Assembly: GCA_000217635.1 (NCBI GenBank)
Contig: CP001817.1
Coordinates: forward strand, 270,001 to 302,000
Length of the DNA: 32,000 nucleotides
Source of the DNA: Candidatus Saccharimonadota bacterium
GTDB taxonomy: Bacteria > Pseudomonadota > Gammaproteobacteria > Enterobacterales > Enterobacteriaceae
Direction of reading: 5' to 3'
Shown here: one piece after another, positions 18,877-28,298 of the stretch
Layout of the letters: each line of letters starts with the position of its first letter
Position numbering within the stretch: the stretch's first letter is position 1
Made by a program: the position numbers and the translations under genes
Notes under the pieces: generated by a model
Databases searched by the model: none
What the model saw: the letters and a program-made list of their open reading frames with translations, nothing else
What the model was told of the DNA's origin: nothing

Positions 18877-19176
18877 GTAGTATATAAGCCTCTTATATTA
18901 CTATGGCCAGTAAACTACATAACTCACGATAAAAATTTATATTTATCTTCATTAGAAAGTGTGAACCGGCTAAAATTGGATTTGTATAAATATTTTTAAA
19001 ATAATTTATTTTTTATAAAAAAATATTTAATATTAAAAATTACGTTTTTAAAATTGTATACTATAAACTGATTATACAACAAAATAGTTTAGGAAGATAG
19101 TATTTCTAAAATCTATTAGACTAAAATAAAACTTATTTTATATACAAAAAAATTATTTATTTAATAATTGTTATTT

Positions 19177-21261
19177 TTATTTTATATCTTTCATACTTAA
19201 ACGTAACCTACCTTGCCTATCAATTTCTAAAACTTTTACAGAAATAATTTGATCTAATTTAAGATGATCAATAACCTTCAAAACTCTTTTATTAGAAATT
19301 TGAGAAATATGTATAAGCCCTTCTTTCCCTAATCCAATTGAAACAAACGCACCAAAATCTAAAATCCTAATAACTTTTCCAGAATATATTTTTCCTACTT
19401 TAATTTCTGCGGTAATTTCTTGAATACGACGAATAGCATGTTTTGCTTTTTCTTCAATAGTAGCAGATATTTTAACTGTTCCATCATCTTTTATTTCAAT
19501 AATTGTGCCAGTTTCTTCAGTTAACATTCGAATTACCGAACCACCTTTTCCTATTACATCCTTTATTTTTTCCGGGCTAATTTTAATAGTATGTATACGT
19601 GGTGCAAATTTTGAAATCTCTTTTCTTGGATTATTAATTGCACTCTCCATAATATCAAGAATGTTAAATCTAGCTAATTTAGCTTGATATAAAGAGGATT
19701 TTAAAATTTTAGTTGTAACACCGGGAATTTTAATATCCATTTGTAATGCAGTAATTCCTAATCTACTACCTGCTACTTTGAAATCCATATCCCCTAAATA
19801 ATCTTCATCCCCTAATATATCGGATAAAATTACATAAGATTCATCTTTTTTAATTAACCCCATCGCAATACCTGCTATTGATTGCTTGATTGGAATTCCT
19901 GCATCCATTAAAGCTAACGAACCTCCACAAACTGACGCCATTGATGACGAACCATTAGATTCTGTAATTTCAGAAACTACACGAATAGTATATGGAAATT
20001 CTTCAATAGTAGGCATTACAGCTAACAAACTTCTTTTTGCTAATTTTCCATGTCCAATTTCCCTTCGTTTAGGTGAACCTACAACCCCAATTTCTCCAAC
20101 AGAATAAGGCGGAAAATTATAATGAAATAAAAAATTATCTGTACGATCTCCTAACAAATCATCAAGATTTTGAGCATCACGTGAAGTTCCTAATGTTGCT
20201 GAAACTAATGCTTGTGTTTCTCCTCTTGTAAATAAAGCCGAACCATGAGCTCGTAGTAAAAGTCCTGTTCGTATATCAATCGGACGAATTTCATCATACA
20301 TACGCCCATCAATTCTAGAGTGACCCTTCAAAATACGATTACGTATTATATTTCTTTCTAACAAATATAAACTTTCTTCAATTTTTGCTACATCTAAATC
20401 TATATTATTTAATAATAAATGATCTATAAGATTTTTCTTAATTTTACTTAATTTTTTTTGTCTTTCTTTTTTTGTCAATATTCTATAAGCTTTATCAATT
20501 TTACTTTTAACATTCTTAGAAACTAATTTATACAATTCAGTATTTTTTTGTATTAATAAGGTTCGAAGATTAGGAAATTTATTAGCTTTTTCTGAAAATA
20601 CAAGAATTTCTTGAATTAATTTTTTTTGACTTTTGTGTCCAAATATAATTCCATTTATAATTTCTTTTTCAGATAATATACGAGCCTCCGCTTCTACCAT
20701 AAGAATCGATTCTTTTGTACCTGATACTATTAAATCTAATAAACTTTTTTTTATATAATCAGTTTGAGGATTTAAAAAATACTGATTATTATAATAACCC
20801 ACTCGAGCAACCCCTAACGGACCTAAAATAGGTAAACCGGATAAACATAAAGCGGAAGAAACTCCTATAATTGAGATAATATCGGGATTAATTTGCGGAT
20901 TAACAGAAATAACAGTAACAGTAATCTGCACCTCATTTAAAAAATCTTTTGAAAAAAGAGGACGAATTGGACGATCAATTAATCTTGAAACTAAAATTTC
21001 ATTTTCATTAGGTCTACCTTCTCGACGAAAAAAACCTCCGGGGATACGTCCAGCAGCATAAGTGCGTTCTTGATAATTTACTACTAACGGAAAGAATTTT
21101 TGTCCTTCTAAAACAGAATCCCCGCTTACTATTGTAACTAAAACTGTGGTATCATCCATACTAGCTAAAACAGATGCTGTAGCTTGTCTAGCAATTAAAC
21201 CGGTTTCTAATGTAATTGTATGTTGACCATATTGAAATTTATGAACAATCGGATTTAACAA
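19177..21261 (-). CDS. pnp: polynucleotide phosphorylase
   Basis: 694 aa. It begins [19 protein letters not shown] as in E. coli, has [12 protein letters not shown] and KH and S1 domains, and starts with TTG (E. coli pnp also uses UUG), with AAGGA 8 nt upstream. Confidence 0.97.
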   Translation of the reverse strand: MLNPIVHKFQYGQHTITLETGLIARQATASVLASMDDTTVLVTIVSGDSVLEGQKFFPLVVNYQERTYAAGRIPGGFFRREGRPNENEILVSRLIDRPIRPLFSKDFLNEVQITVTVISVNPQINPDIISIIGVSSALCLSGLPILGPLGVARVGYYNNQYFLNPQTDYIKKSLLDLIVSGTKESILMVEAEARILSEKEIINGIIFGHKSQKKLIQEILVFSEKANKFPNLRTLLIQKNTELYKLVSKNVKSKIDKAYRILTKKERQKKLSKIKKNLIDHLLLNNIDLDVAKIEESLYLLERNIIRNRILKGHSRIDGRMYDEIRPIDIRTGLLLRAHGSALFTRGETQALVSATLGTSRDAQNLDDLLGDRTDNFLFHYNFPPYSVGEIGVVGSPKRREIGHGKLAKRSLLAVMPTIEEFPYTIRVVSEITESNGSSSMASVCGGSLALMDAGIPIKQSIAGIAMGLIKKDESYVILSDILGDEDYLGDMDFKVAGSRLGITALQMDIKIPGVTTKILKSSLYQAKLARFNILDIMESAINNPRKEISKFAPRIHTIKISPEKIKDVIGKGGSVIRMLTEETGTIIEIKDDGTVKISATIEEKAKHAIRRIQEITAEIKVGKIYSGKVIRILDFGAFVSIGLGKEGLIHISQISNKRVLKVIDHLKLDQIISVKVLEIDRQGRLRLSMKDIK

Positions 21262-21423
21262 AATTATATCCTTAATATAAAACTTAATAAATGAAAATCA
21301 CATACACTTTGAAATAAATAAAAAACATTTACATCTTAATAAAATTAAGATATCAAAAAATGTTAAAAAATAAAATATTTTTACAAGTTCGTATTATATA
21401 CTATATCAAATGTCCTAAAATTA

Positions 21424-21448
21424 AGAAAAGAGCTACAGTCGCCCTTTT
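21424..21448 (-). terminator. rpsO terminator / pnp-leader hairpin
   Basis: The minus-strand RNA is GAAAAGGGC-GACUGUA-GCUCUUUUC (9-bp stem with 1 mismatch), followed by UUAAUUUU. It starts about 50 nt after the rpsO stop, in the 236-bp rpsO-pnp spacer, where E. coli has the rpsO terminator and the pnp leader. Confidence 0.55.
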
Positions 21449-21497
21449 CTATCTAAATAGGCTATGAATTATATTAAATAATCATTATCTAAAATTT

Positions 21498-21764
21498 TTA
21501 ATAACGCAAACCCAACTGTTGAATTAAACTAATATAATTTTGATGTTTTTTAGATTTAATATAATTCAATAATTTTCGTCGTCGTGAAACCATATTTAAT
21601 AATCCTCTACGACCACAATGATCTGTTTTATGGAGAGAAAAATGTTTTTGTAAATAATTAATTTTTATAGTTAAAAAAATAATTTGAACTTCAGAACTAC
21701 CAGTGTTTTTTATTTTTCTATATTTTTCTAATATCTCTTTTTTTTTTAACGATGATAATAACAT
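21498..21764 (-). CDS. rpsO: 30S ribosomal protein S15
   Basis: 88 aa from the ATG at 21764, which is preceded by GAGGTG. It has [30 protein letters not shown], and ends LGLRY. The ORF track starts 2 codons earlier at a GTG. It contains an in-frame A10 tract (plus-strand T10 at 21738-21747). Confidence 0.93.
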   Translation of the reverse strand: MLLSSLKKKEILEKYRKIKNTGSSEVQIIFLTIKINYLQKHFSLHKTDHCGRRGLLNMVSRRRKLLNYIKSKKHQNYISLIQQLGLRY

Positions 21765-21842
21765 GTACACCTCACATTTTTATAAAATAAAAAATTAAAT
21801 TATAAAAAAATAAAAAATTTTTATAATATATAATTATAGATA

Positions 21843-22772
21843 TTAAATATTTTTTAATATACACTCTGGTATTAAGATTCCTAAATTATTTACCTTTCCA
21901 ATACCTAAAAAAACATTATTTTTATTAGTTATAACAAAAATTGAATTTTTTATAAAATTGTGTGATAAAAAAACATATAATTTTTTTTGAAAACGAATTG
22001 ACTCTAAATGTGATAATCGAATTATAGGATATTCAGAAAAAAAAGAACGAATCGGTAATATAAATGATGAATAATCAAAAAAAGAATAATTTTTTAAAAA
22101 ATTGTTATTTTTTTTTTTAATAAAATATCTGAAAAACTTATTAATTGTGATGTAACATACGGACCCATTCCTAATCTTTTTAAAAATACAATGTGCGCAC
22201 CACATTGTAATATTTTTTCCAATATCCTGTATTAAACTACGAATATAAGTACCTTTAGAACATTTAATCTTTAATTCTAAAAAATTATGACAATATTGAA
22301 TAATATTAATATAATAAATTGTTAAAATACGTAATTTACGAGGAATATTTATTCCACATCTTGCATATTTATACAATGGTTTCCCTTTATATTTAATAGC
22401 AGAAAACATAGGCGGAACTTGTTGTATAATACCATGAAAAGTTTTTAATGTTTGTATAATATTATTAATTTTTACATTAACTTTATATTTTTTTATAACT
22501 TTCCCTGCAACATCACCCGTTGTTGTCACTTGCCCTAATTTTGCTATGACATGATAATATTTAATAGAATTTGTTAAATATTTAGAAAATTTTGTAGCAT
22601 TTCCAAAACATATCGGTAACATTCCAGTAGCTAAGGGATCTAAACACCCAGAAAAACCTGCTTTTTTTACAAAAAATATTTCTTTTATCTGTTGTAAAAT
22701 AATATTTGAAGACAAACCTTTAGGTTTATTTAATAAAAGTATGCCATGAATATCATTATATTTTTTTAACAA
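21843..22772 (-). CDS. truB: tRNA pseudouridine-55 synthase TruB, open ORF with an internal out-of-frame segment
   Basis: TTG start. It has GILLLNKPKG.SS, the catalytic-Asp motif GCLDPLATGMLPIC, and CSKGTYIRSL. The C-terminal part aligns (ILPI...SEYPIIRL). Between 22218 and 22108 the conserved core is encoded in the +1 frame (see findings). Confidence 0.88.
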   Translation of the reverse strand: MLKKYNDIHGILLLNKPKGLSSNIILQQIKEIFFVKKAGFSGCLDPLATGMLPICFGNATKFSKYLTNSIKYYHVIAKLGQVTTTGDVAGKVIKKYKVNVKINNIIQTLKTFHGIIQQVPPMFSAIKYKGKPLYKYARCGINIPRKLRILTIYYINIIQYCHNFLELKIKCSKGTYIRSLIQDIGKNITMWCAHCIFKKIRNGSVCYITINKFFRYFIKKKNNNFLKNYSFFDYSSFILPIRSFFSEYPIIRLSHLESIRFQKKLYVFLSHNFIKNSIFVITNKNNVFLGIGKVNNLGILIPECILKNI

Positions 22773-22818
22773 AATTAATAATCCTATAACAAAAATTGTA
22801 ATATCTTAAAAATAAATT

Positions 22819-23172
22819 TTATAAATTTTCTTTTAAAATACGAGAAATAACCATTCCTTTTGCAAACGAATCGTCGTAAATAAAATATAATTTTGGAATG
22901 ATACGTAAATGTATTGTTTTTCCAAGATGATATCGAATAAATCCTGAAGATTTTTGTAAAATATGTGTTAAAAATTCATTTTTTTTTTTATTTTGAAACT
23001 GTAAAGATGTAAAAAAAACTTTTGCATAATGTAAATCTACAGATAATTGAACAGCTAATATTGTCACACCTAAATGAATACGCGGATCTCGTAAAAAATT
23101 TCTAATAATAACAGAAATTTCTTTATATAAATTTTGCTCTACTCTCATTGACCGACTAAATTTTTTTAACAT
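22819..23172 (-). CDS. rbfA: ribosome-binding factor A
   Basis: 117 aa. It has R..RV.Q.L.KEI..I, DPR, YAKVF, SGFIR..LGK...LR.IP.L.F.YD. It is colinear with E. coli RbfA and contains an in-frame A11 tract (plus-strand T11 at 22979-22989). Confidence 0.9.
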   Translation of the reverse strand: MLKKFSRSMRVEQNLYKEISVIIRNFLRDPRIHLGVTILAVQLSVDLHYAKVFFTSLQFQNKKKNEFLTHILQKSSGFIRYHLGKTIHLRIIPKLYFIYDDSFAKGMVISRILKENL

Positions 23173-23234
23173 ATTATTTCCTAATCAAATATAGATATTT
23201 CTTATTCTATAAAAAATATAACTACTAAAAAAAA

Positions 23235-25367
23235 CTAAATAACACTAGTTTGAAAAACTTCAATAACATCCCCGGTCTGAATATTATTATAATTTTTTAT
23301 ACCAATTCCACATTCTATTCCGCTACGAACCTCATTAATATCTTCTTTAAACCGACGTAATGATTCTAACTCCCCTTCATATATAACAATATTATCTCTT
23401 AATATACGAACAGGATTTGTTCGTTTAACAATACCTTCAATAACCATACATCCTGCAATTAATCCAAATTTTGGAGATTTGAAAACATTACGAACTTCAG
23501 CTAGACCAATAATATTTTGTTTATATACAGGTTTTAATAATCCCGAGATAGATTTTTTAATATCATTAATAACATCATAAATAACAGAATAATAACGTAC
23601 ATCTAATCTTTCTGTTTCTATAATACGTTTTGCTAAAGAATCTGCTCGTACATTAAAACCGATTATTATCGCTAAAGAAGCTAAACATAGTGTGGCATCA
23701 GACTCCGTTATTGCTCCTACACCGGAGGAAATAATATTAATTAAAACAAATTTATTTGATAATTTCTCTAATGAATCTTTAATAGCTTCTAAAGAACCTT
23801 GCATGTCTGTTTTTAAAATAATATTTAATATTGAAATTTTTTTTGCATCATCAATTCCATGAAATAAATTTTCTATATTAGTTTTTTTATTAAAAGATAA
23901 TTTTTTATCACGAAATTTACTTTGACGATATAATGCTACTTCTCGTGCTTTTTTTTCATCTCGAACTACAGTAAACAAATCTCCGGTACTTGGTATTCCT
24001 GATAAACCTAAAATTTCTACAGGAATTGAAGGTCCAGCAGTAAAAACATGGTAACAAAATTCATTTCTAATAGCTTTAATTTTTCCATACTCTAAACCAC
24101 AAATAACAATATCACCTATTTTCAATGTACCTTCGTTAACCAATACAGTAGCAATAGGACCACAACCTTTATCTAAAAAAGATTCAATTACAATTCCGGA
24201 AGCCATGCAATCATATTCTGCTTTTAATTCTAACATTTCAGCCTGTAATAGAATTGCTGCTAGTAATTCATCTATTCCAAAACCAGTTTTTGCAGATATA
24301 GATACAAAAATATTTTCTCCCCCATAATCTTCTGAAATTATTGCATATTTCATTAATTCTTTTTTTATTTTTTCTATATTTATACCAACTTTATCTACTT
24401 TATTTATAGCTACAATAATAGGAACTTGAGCTGACTGCGCATGTCGTATAGCCTCAATTGTTTGAGGCATGATACCATCGTCAGCTGCTACAATTAACAC
24501 TACTATATCTGTTACTGATGCACCTCTAGCTCTCATTGCAGTAAATGCTGCATGACCCGGGGTATCTAAAAAAGTAATAATTCCGTTCGGTGTCGAAACA
24601 TGATATGCTCCAATGTGCTGAGTGATTCCACCTGCTTCTTTTGATACTATTTTTGTAGATCGAATATAATCTAAAAGAGATGTTTTACCGTGATCTACAT
24701 GACCCATAATTGTTACTACTGGAGCACGTATTTTTTTATTGCCTATGTTAATATCACGATCTTTCATTAATGAAATTTCTAACGCATTATCGACATGCAT
24801 TATTACCTTATGACCCATTGCTTCAGAAATAATTTTTGCTGTATGTTTATCTATAATTTGATTTTTTGCAATAACTATACCCATTTTTTGCATATTTTTA
24901 AAAATTATAGAACTTTTTACCGCCATTTTATTTGCTAATTCAGTTATTGATATAGTTTCGCCAACTAAAATATTTCGCATAAATGTTTTTATAGGTTTTA
25001 TAAAACTTTGTTGTAATATAGAACGTCGAGTTTTTTTATGTTTATAATGTCTTCCAAAGCGAGATATACTATTATCTTTCTGTGTCATAAATTTTTTTTC
25101 TGACAATTTATTATTTTTTCGTAATTTGTTATTTTTTATTATTGAACTGGGGTAACGTATTTTCGATACACCGTCATTTTTTAAAGAACTGTTCATAAAA
25201 GTAGGCGCGGACAATGGTTGAACAACATTCTTTTTTTTTGTTTTTAATGTTTTATTACTAGATAAATGCTTCTTATTTGGAGTATTAATATTTAATAATG
25301 TATTATGAGTACGATTAATATTTTTTTTACTATCATTAAAATAATGTGAATTTTTTATTTTTGACAT
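23235..25367 (-). CDS. infB: translation initiation factor IF-2, short N-terminus
   Basis: 710 aa. From [17 protein letters not shown] onward it is highly similar to E. coli IF2, including the G domain [33 protein letters not shown] and NKVDK. It is about 180 aa shorter than E. coli IF2 at the N-terminus, and a TGA lies 7 codons upstream of the ATG. Confidence 0.95.
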   Translation of the reverse strand: MSKIKNSHYFNDSKKNINRTHNTLLNINTPNKKHLSSNKTLKTKKKNVVQPLSAPTFMNSSLKNDGVSKIRYPSSIIKNNKLRKNNKLSEKKFMTQKDNSISRFGRHYKHKKTRRSILQQSFIKPIKTFMRNILVGETISITELANKMAVKSSIIFKNMQKMGIVIAKNQIIDKHTAKIISEAMGHKVIMHVDNALEISLMKDRDINIGNKKIRAPVVTIMGHVDHGKTSLLDYIRSTKIVSKEAGGITQHIGAYHVSTPNGIITFLDTPGHAAFTAMRARGASVTDIVVLIVAADDGIMPQTIEAIRHAQSAQVPIIVAINKVDKVGINIEKIKKELMKYAIISEDYGGENIFVSISAKTGFGIDELLAAILLQAEMLELKAEYDCMASGIVIESFLDKGCGPIATVLVNEGTLKIGDIVICGLEYGKIKAIRNEFCYHVFTAGPSIPVEILGLSGIPSTGDLFTVVRDEKKAREVALYRQSKFRDKKLSFNKKTNIENLFHGIDDAKKISILNIILKTDMQGSLEAIKDSLEKLSNKFVLINIISSGVGAITESDATLCLASLAIIIGFNVRADSLAKRIIETERLDVRYYSVIYDVINDIKKSISGLLKPVYKQNIIGLAEVRNVFKSPKFGLIAGCMVIEGIVKRTNPVRILRDNIVIYEGELESLRRFKEDINEVRSGIECGIGIKNYNNIQTGDVIEVFQTSVI

Positions 25368-25771
25368 ATTAACAGATATAATTTTTTTTCATTATTATTA
25401 GTTAATTCTTTTTGTTTTTTAGAAAAATTTTTTTTACTTTTTTAAATAAATTTTGTTTACTTTTTAATTTCACTATTAATCTCATCTCTTTTTATTTTTC
25501 TTAAAAAAAACATTTTAAGTTAAATTATTTTATTAAAATTTACTTTTTTGTTATTATATAACATATTTTTTTTAATAAAAATATTATATAATAATTAAAG
25601 ATAATTACAAAATAACTATTTTTTTAAAAAATTTTTATTATATATAAAGATATTTTTTTTACATTTTAAAATATAAATTATAAAAATTAAATAATATATA
25701 AAACATTAATTAATTTAAAATACTATAATTTTCATATTTATATATTATTAATATATAATTAAAAAACAGTT

Positions 25772-27271
25772 TTATTTTTCATTCTCTGTTTTTTTATTAA
25801 ACCAACATACTTGTCTAGCTTCCATAATTAATTGACCAATTTGTTTATTTGTTAACATTTTAAAATCTCTTAGATCATCAATACTTTGTTCTGCTAATTG
25901 TTCTACTGTATATATCTTTTTTTCTATTAATTTTTGAATAATAACATTATTAATACAATTTAATTTAATAAAATTATTTTGTATAGACGCATCTAAAAAT
26001 ATTTTTTTTTGTTTGCATAAATATTTTTTTAAAATGTTTTTAGCACATGTTTGAATTTTTAGTAATATATCTTTTTTAATTCCAAGCACAGAAAATAATT
26101 CAGACAAAGAAGCTCTAGAAATTAATTCTAAAGAATTAAATCTAGATTTCATTAAAATAGAAATATCTAAATCATTAATATCTAAATATTTTTTTAATAT
26201 TTCTAAAGAACTAAAATTATCCTGTTCTTTTTTTTTCTGAAAAGATTCTAAAGTTTTAACGTTTAATTCCCATCCTGTTAATTGTGATGCTAAGCGAACA
26301 TTTTGTCCATTACGACCAATAGCTTGAGCTAAATGACATGTTTCCACTGCTATATCCATAGAATGATTTTCTTTATTTGCAATAATAAATAATACTTCAG
26401 CTGGTGCCATAGCATTAATTACAAAATTTTCAGACTTTTCGTGCCATAAAATAATATCGATACGTTCTCCGCATAATTCATTAGATACCGCCTGTACACG
26501 AGATCCTCGCATTCCAACGCACGCACCTACAGGATCAATTCGCTTATCGTTTGTTTTAACAGCAATTTTTGATCTTGATCCAGGATCACGTGAAATAGCT
26601 TTAATATCAATCAATTGCTCTGAAATTTCAGGTACTTCTATTCGAAATAATTCAATTAACATTATAGGATTCGATCGACTAATCAATAATTGTGTACCAT
26701 ATATTTCTGAAGATATTTTATATAATATTCCTCTTACTCTATCTCCAATCCTAAAATTTTCTCGGGGTAACATTTCCTTTTTTTTCATTAAACCTTCAAT
26801 ATTACTACCTAAATCAAGCAATACACCATCTCTGTTAATTTTTTTTATAATTCCAACAATAATACGATTTTTTTGTGTCCGAAATTGTTCTATGATCATA
26901 TCGCGTTCTGCTTCACGAACTTTTTGTACAATTATTTGTTTAGCTGTTTGAGTTGTAATACGATCAAATGTTACTGAGTTAATACGATCTTCAATATAAT
27001 CAGATAATTGAATTGTGTTATTTTCAAATTTTGCCGCTTCTAATGTAATTTCTTTTGTAGGATTTAAAACAACTTGTACTACTAACCATCTACGAAATGT
27101 TGTTAAAATCCCATTTTTTCGATTAATATTAACCCGAATATTTATATCTTTCTGATATTTTTTTTTAGTAGCGATAGCTAAAGCACTTTCTAAAGCTTCA
27201 AAAATTTTTTCTTGCGGAAGCGATTTTTCATTTGAAACAGCATCCACAACAGATAAGATTTTTTTATTCAT
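25772..27271 (-). CDS. nusA: transcription termination/antitermination factor NusA
   Basis: 499 aa. It begins [32 protein letters not shown] (nearly identical to E. coli) and has S1 and KH domains ([50 protein letters not shown]). AAGGA lies 9 nt upstream of the ATG. Confidence 0.97.
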   Translation of the reverse strand: MNKKILSVVDAVSNEKSLPQEKIFEALESALAIATKKKYQKDINIRVNINRKNGILTTFRRWLVVQVVLNPTKEITLEAAKFENNTIQLSDYIEDRINSVTFDRITTQTAKQIIVQKVREAERDMIIEQFRTQKNRIIVGIIKKINRDGVLLDLGSNIEGLMKKKEMLPRENFRIGDRVRGILYKISSEIYGTQLLISRSNPIMLIELFRIEVPEISEQLIDIKAISRDPGSRSKIAVKTNDKRIDPVGACVGMRGSRVQAVSNELCGERIDIILWHEKSENFVINAMAPAEVLFIIANKENHSMDIAVETCHLAQAIGRNGQNVRLASQLTGWELNVKTLESFQKKKEQDNFSSLEILKKYLDINDLDISILMKSRFNSLELISRASLSELFSVLGIKKDILLKIQTCAKNILKKYLCKQKKIFLDASIQNNFIKLNCINNVIIQKLIEKKIYTVEQLAEQSIDDLRDFKMLTNKQIGQLIMEARQVCWFNKKTENEK

Positions 27272-27352
27272 GATAGTTATCCTTAATCCAGATAATTTTC
27301 TTTAATGAAATAAAAAAACACAAAAAAAATTTATACAATACTTTTCATTAAT

Positions 27353-27380
27353 AAAAAACCCCGAAAGGTCGGGGTTTTTT
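27353..27380 (-). terminator. rho-independent (bidirectional) terminator downstream of leuU and upstream of nusA
   Basis: A6-CCCCGA-AAGG-TCGGGG-T6. This is a perfect GC-rich 6-bp stem flanked by A6 and T6, and is the most canonical intrinsic terminator in the window. On the minus strand it follows tRNA-Leu, as the secG-leuU terminator does in E. coli. Confidence 0.78.
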
Positions 27381-27561
27381 ATTAATGCGAAATACTAATA
27401 TTATGATAATAATTATGATACTTTTAATTATTAATTAAAAAATCTTAATAAAAAACTATTTATTTTTACATAATATAATCCAAAAAAATAATATATTTAC
27501 AAAAAATTTAAAATATAAAAAATAATTTTTATAGAATATACTTTAAAAAAAAAATAAAAAA

Positions 27562-27649
27562 TACCGAAGGTGGGACTTGAACCCACAAACCTATATTTTT
27601 AGGTACTACCCCCTCAAGATAGCGTGTCTACCTATTTCACCACTTCGGT
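27562..27649 (-). tRNA. leuU: tRNA-Leu (anticodon GAG), class II with a long variable arm, no encoded CCA
   Basis: The minus strand reads ACCGAAG-TG-GTGAAATAGGTAGACAC-G-CTATC-TTGAGGG-GGTAG-TACCTAAAAATATAGGTTT-GTGGGTTCAAGTCCCAC-CTTCGGT-A. It has a 7-bp acceptor stem, anticodon loop TTGAGGG and a GTTCAAGTC T-loop. It is colinear with E. coli leuU and sits in the same place after secG. Confidence 0.94.
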
Positions 27650-27759
27650 TTTTATTAACATTTAATTATTACACTATAGATAAAAAATAATATCTGTAAT
27701 TTTGACATAATTATATATTAATTATATAATTTATATATTAAAAATAATGCGAATGAAAA

Positions 27760-27972
27760 TTACATAATATTAAATTTATCAAAAAAAAACAGCATTACTA
27801 AAATCATAGTTATCCAAATAACAGTTGAATTGCGCATTTTTTTAATAAATAACTTAGTTGGAGCGTTATTATTAATAGACGAAAAATCGTTTCCTTCTGT
27901 GGGTTGGAAAATAATAATTATAAGTAAAAAAAATGAAATTAAAAAAAATAAAACTAATAAAAAATAATACAT
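27760..27972 (-). CDS. secG: preprotein translocase subunit SecG
   Basis: 70 aa from the ATG at 27972: MYYFLLVLFFLISFFLLIIIIFQPTEGND... (E. coli MYEALLVVFLIVAIGLVGLIMLQQGKGAD). It has two hydrophobic segments and the secG-leuU synteny. The ORF track starts 3 codons upstream at a GTG (27981). Confidence 0.8.
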   Translation of the reverse strand: MYYFLLVLFFLISFFLLIIIIFQPTEGNDFSSINNNAPTKLFIKKMRNSTVIWITMILVMLFFFDKFNIM

Positions 27973-28187
27973 AATAAACACCGAATTTTAAATAATAATA
28001 TTTCATTATAATGACATAACAGAAATAAAAAAAACAATAAAAAAAAATTCAAACTACTTTATTTAAAATATATTAATTTACATAATAATGTATATTTAAA
28101 AAATTATTTTTATAAAATAATATAACATTAAAAATCTATTATTTATATAAAAAAAATATAACTTTATAAAATTTTTATTATATTTGT

Positions 28188-28219
28188 TGTCTATCTCATA
28201 TAAAAAAAAGAGATAGACA
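28188..28219. other. perfect 10-bp inverted repeat downstream of ftsH
   Basis: TGTCTATCTC (28188-28197) and GAGATAGACA (28210-28219) flank a 12-nt A-rich loop, about 80 nt past the ftsH stop. There is no adjacent U-tract on either strand, so a terminator role is uncertain. Confidence 0.3.
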
Positions 28220-28298
28220 GAATTCTAAAAAATTATATATCTAAAATATTTTATCAAGATTCTAAAATGTATTACATAAAAAATAATAAAATAAATTT

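Noticed and set aside
21262-21423. The pnp leader contains TATAAT preceded by TTTTAG/TTAGGA-like sequence and an ATCTTAAT-TTT-ATTAAGAT hairpin. These could be a pnp promoter and an RNase III site.
   Set aside because: Matches to -10-like hexamers and A/T-only hairpins occur throughout the spacers of this window, so there is no way to separate signal from composition without transcript mapping.
25690-25735. A short ORF, ATG AAA ATT ATA GTA TTT TAA, lies about 40 nt after the nusA stop and could be a relic of the original infB start (MTDVTIKT...).
   Set aside because: It is seven codons of I/V/K-rich sequence in AT-rich DNA, so the resemblance is not distinguishable from chance by eye.
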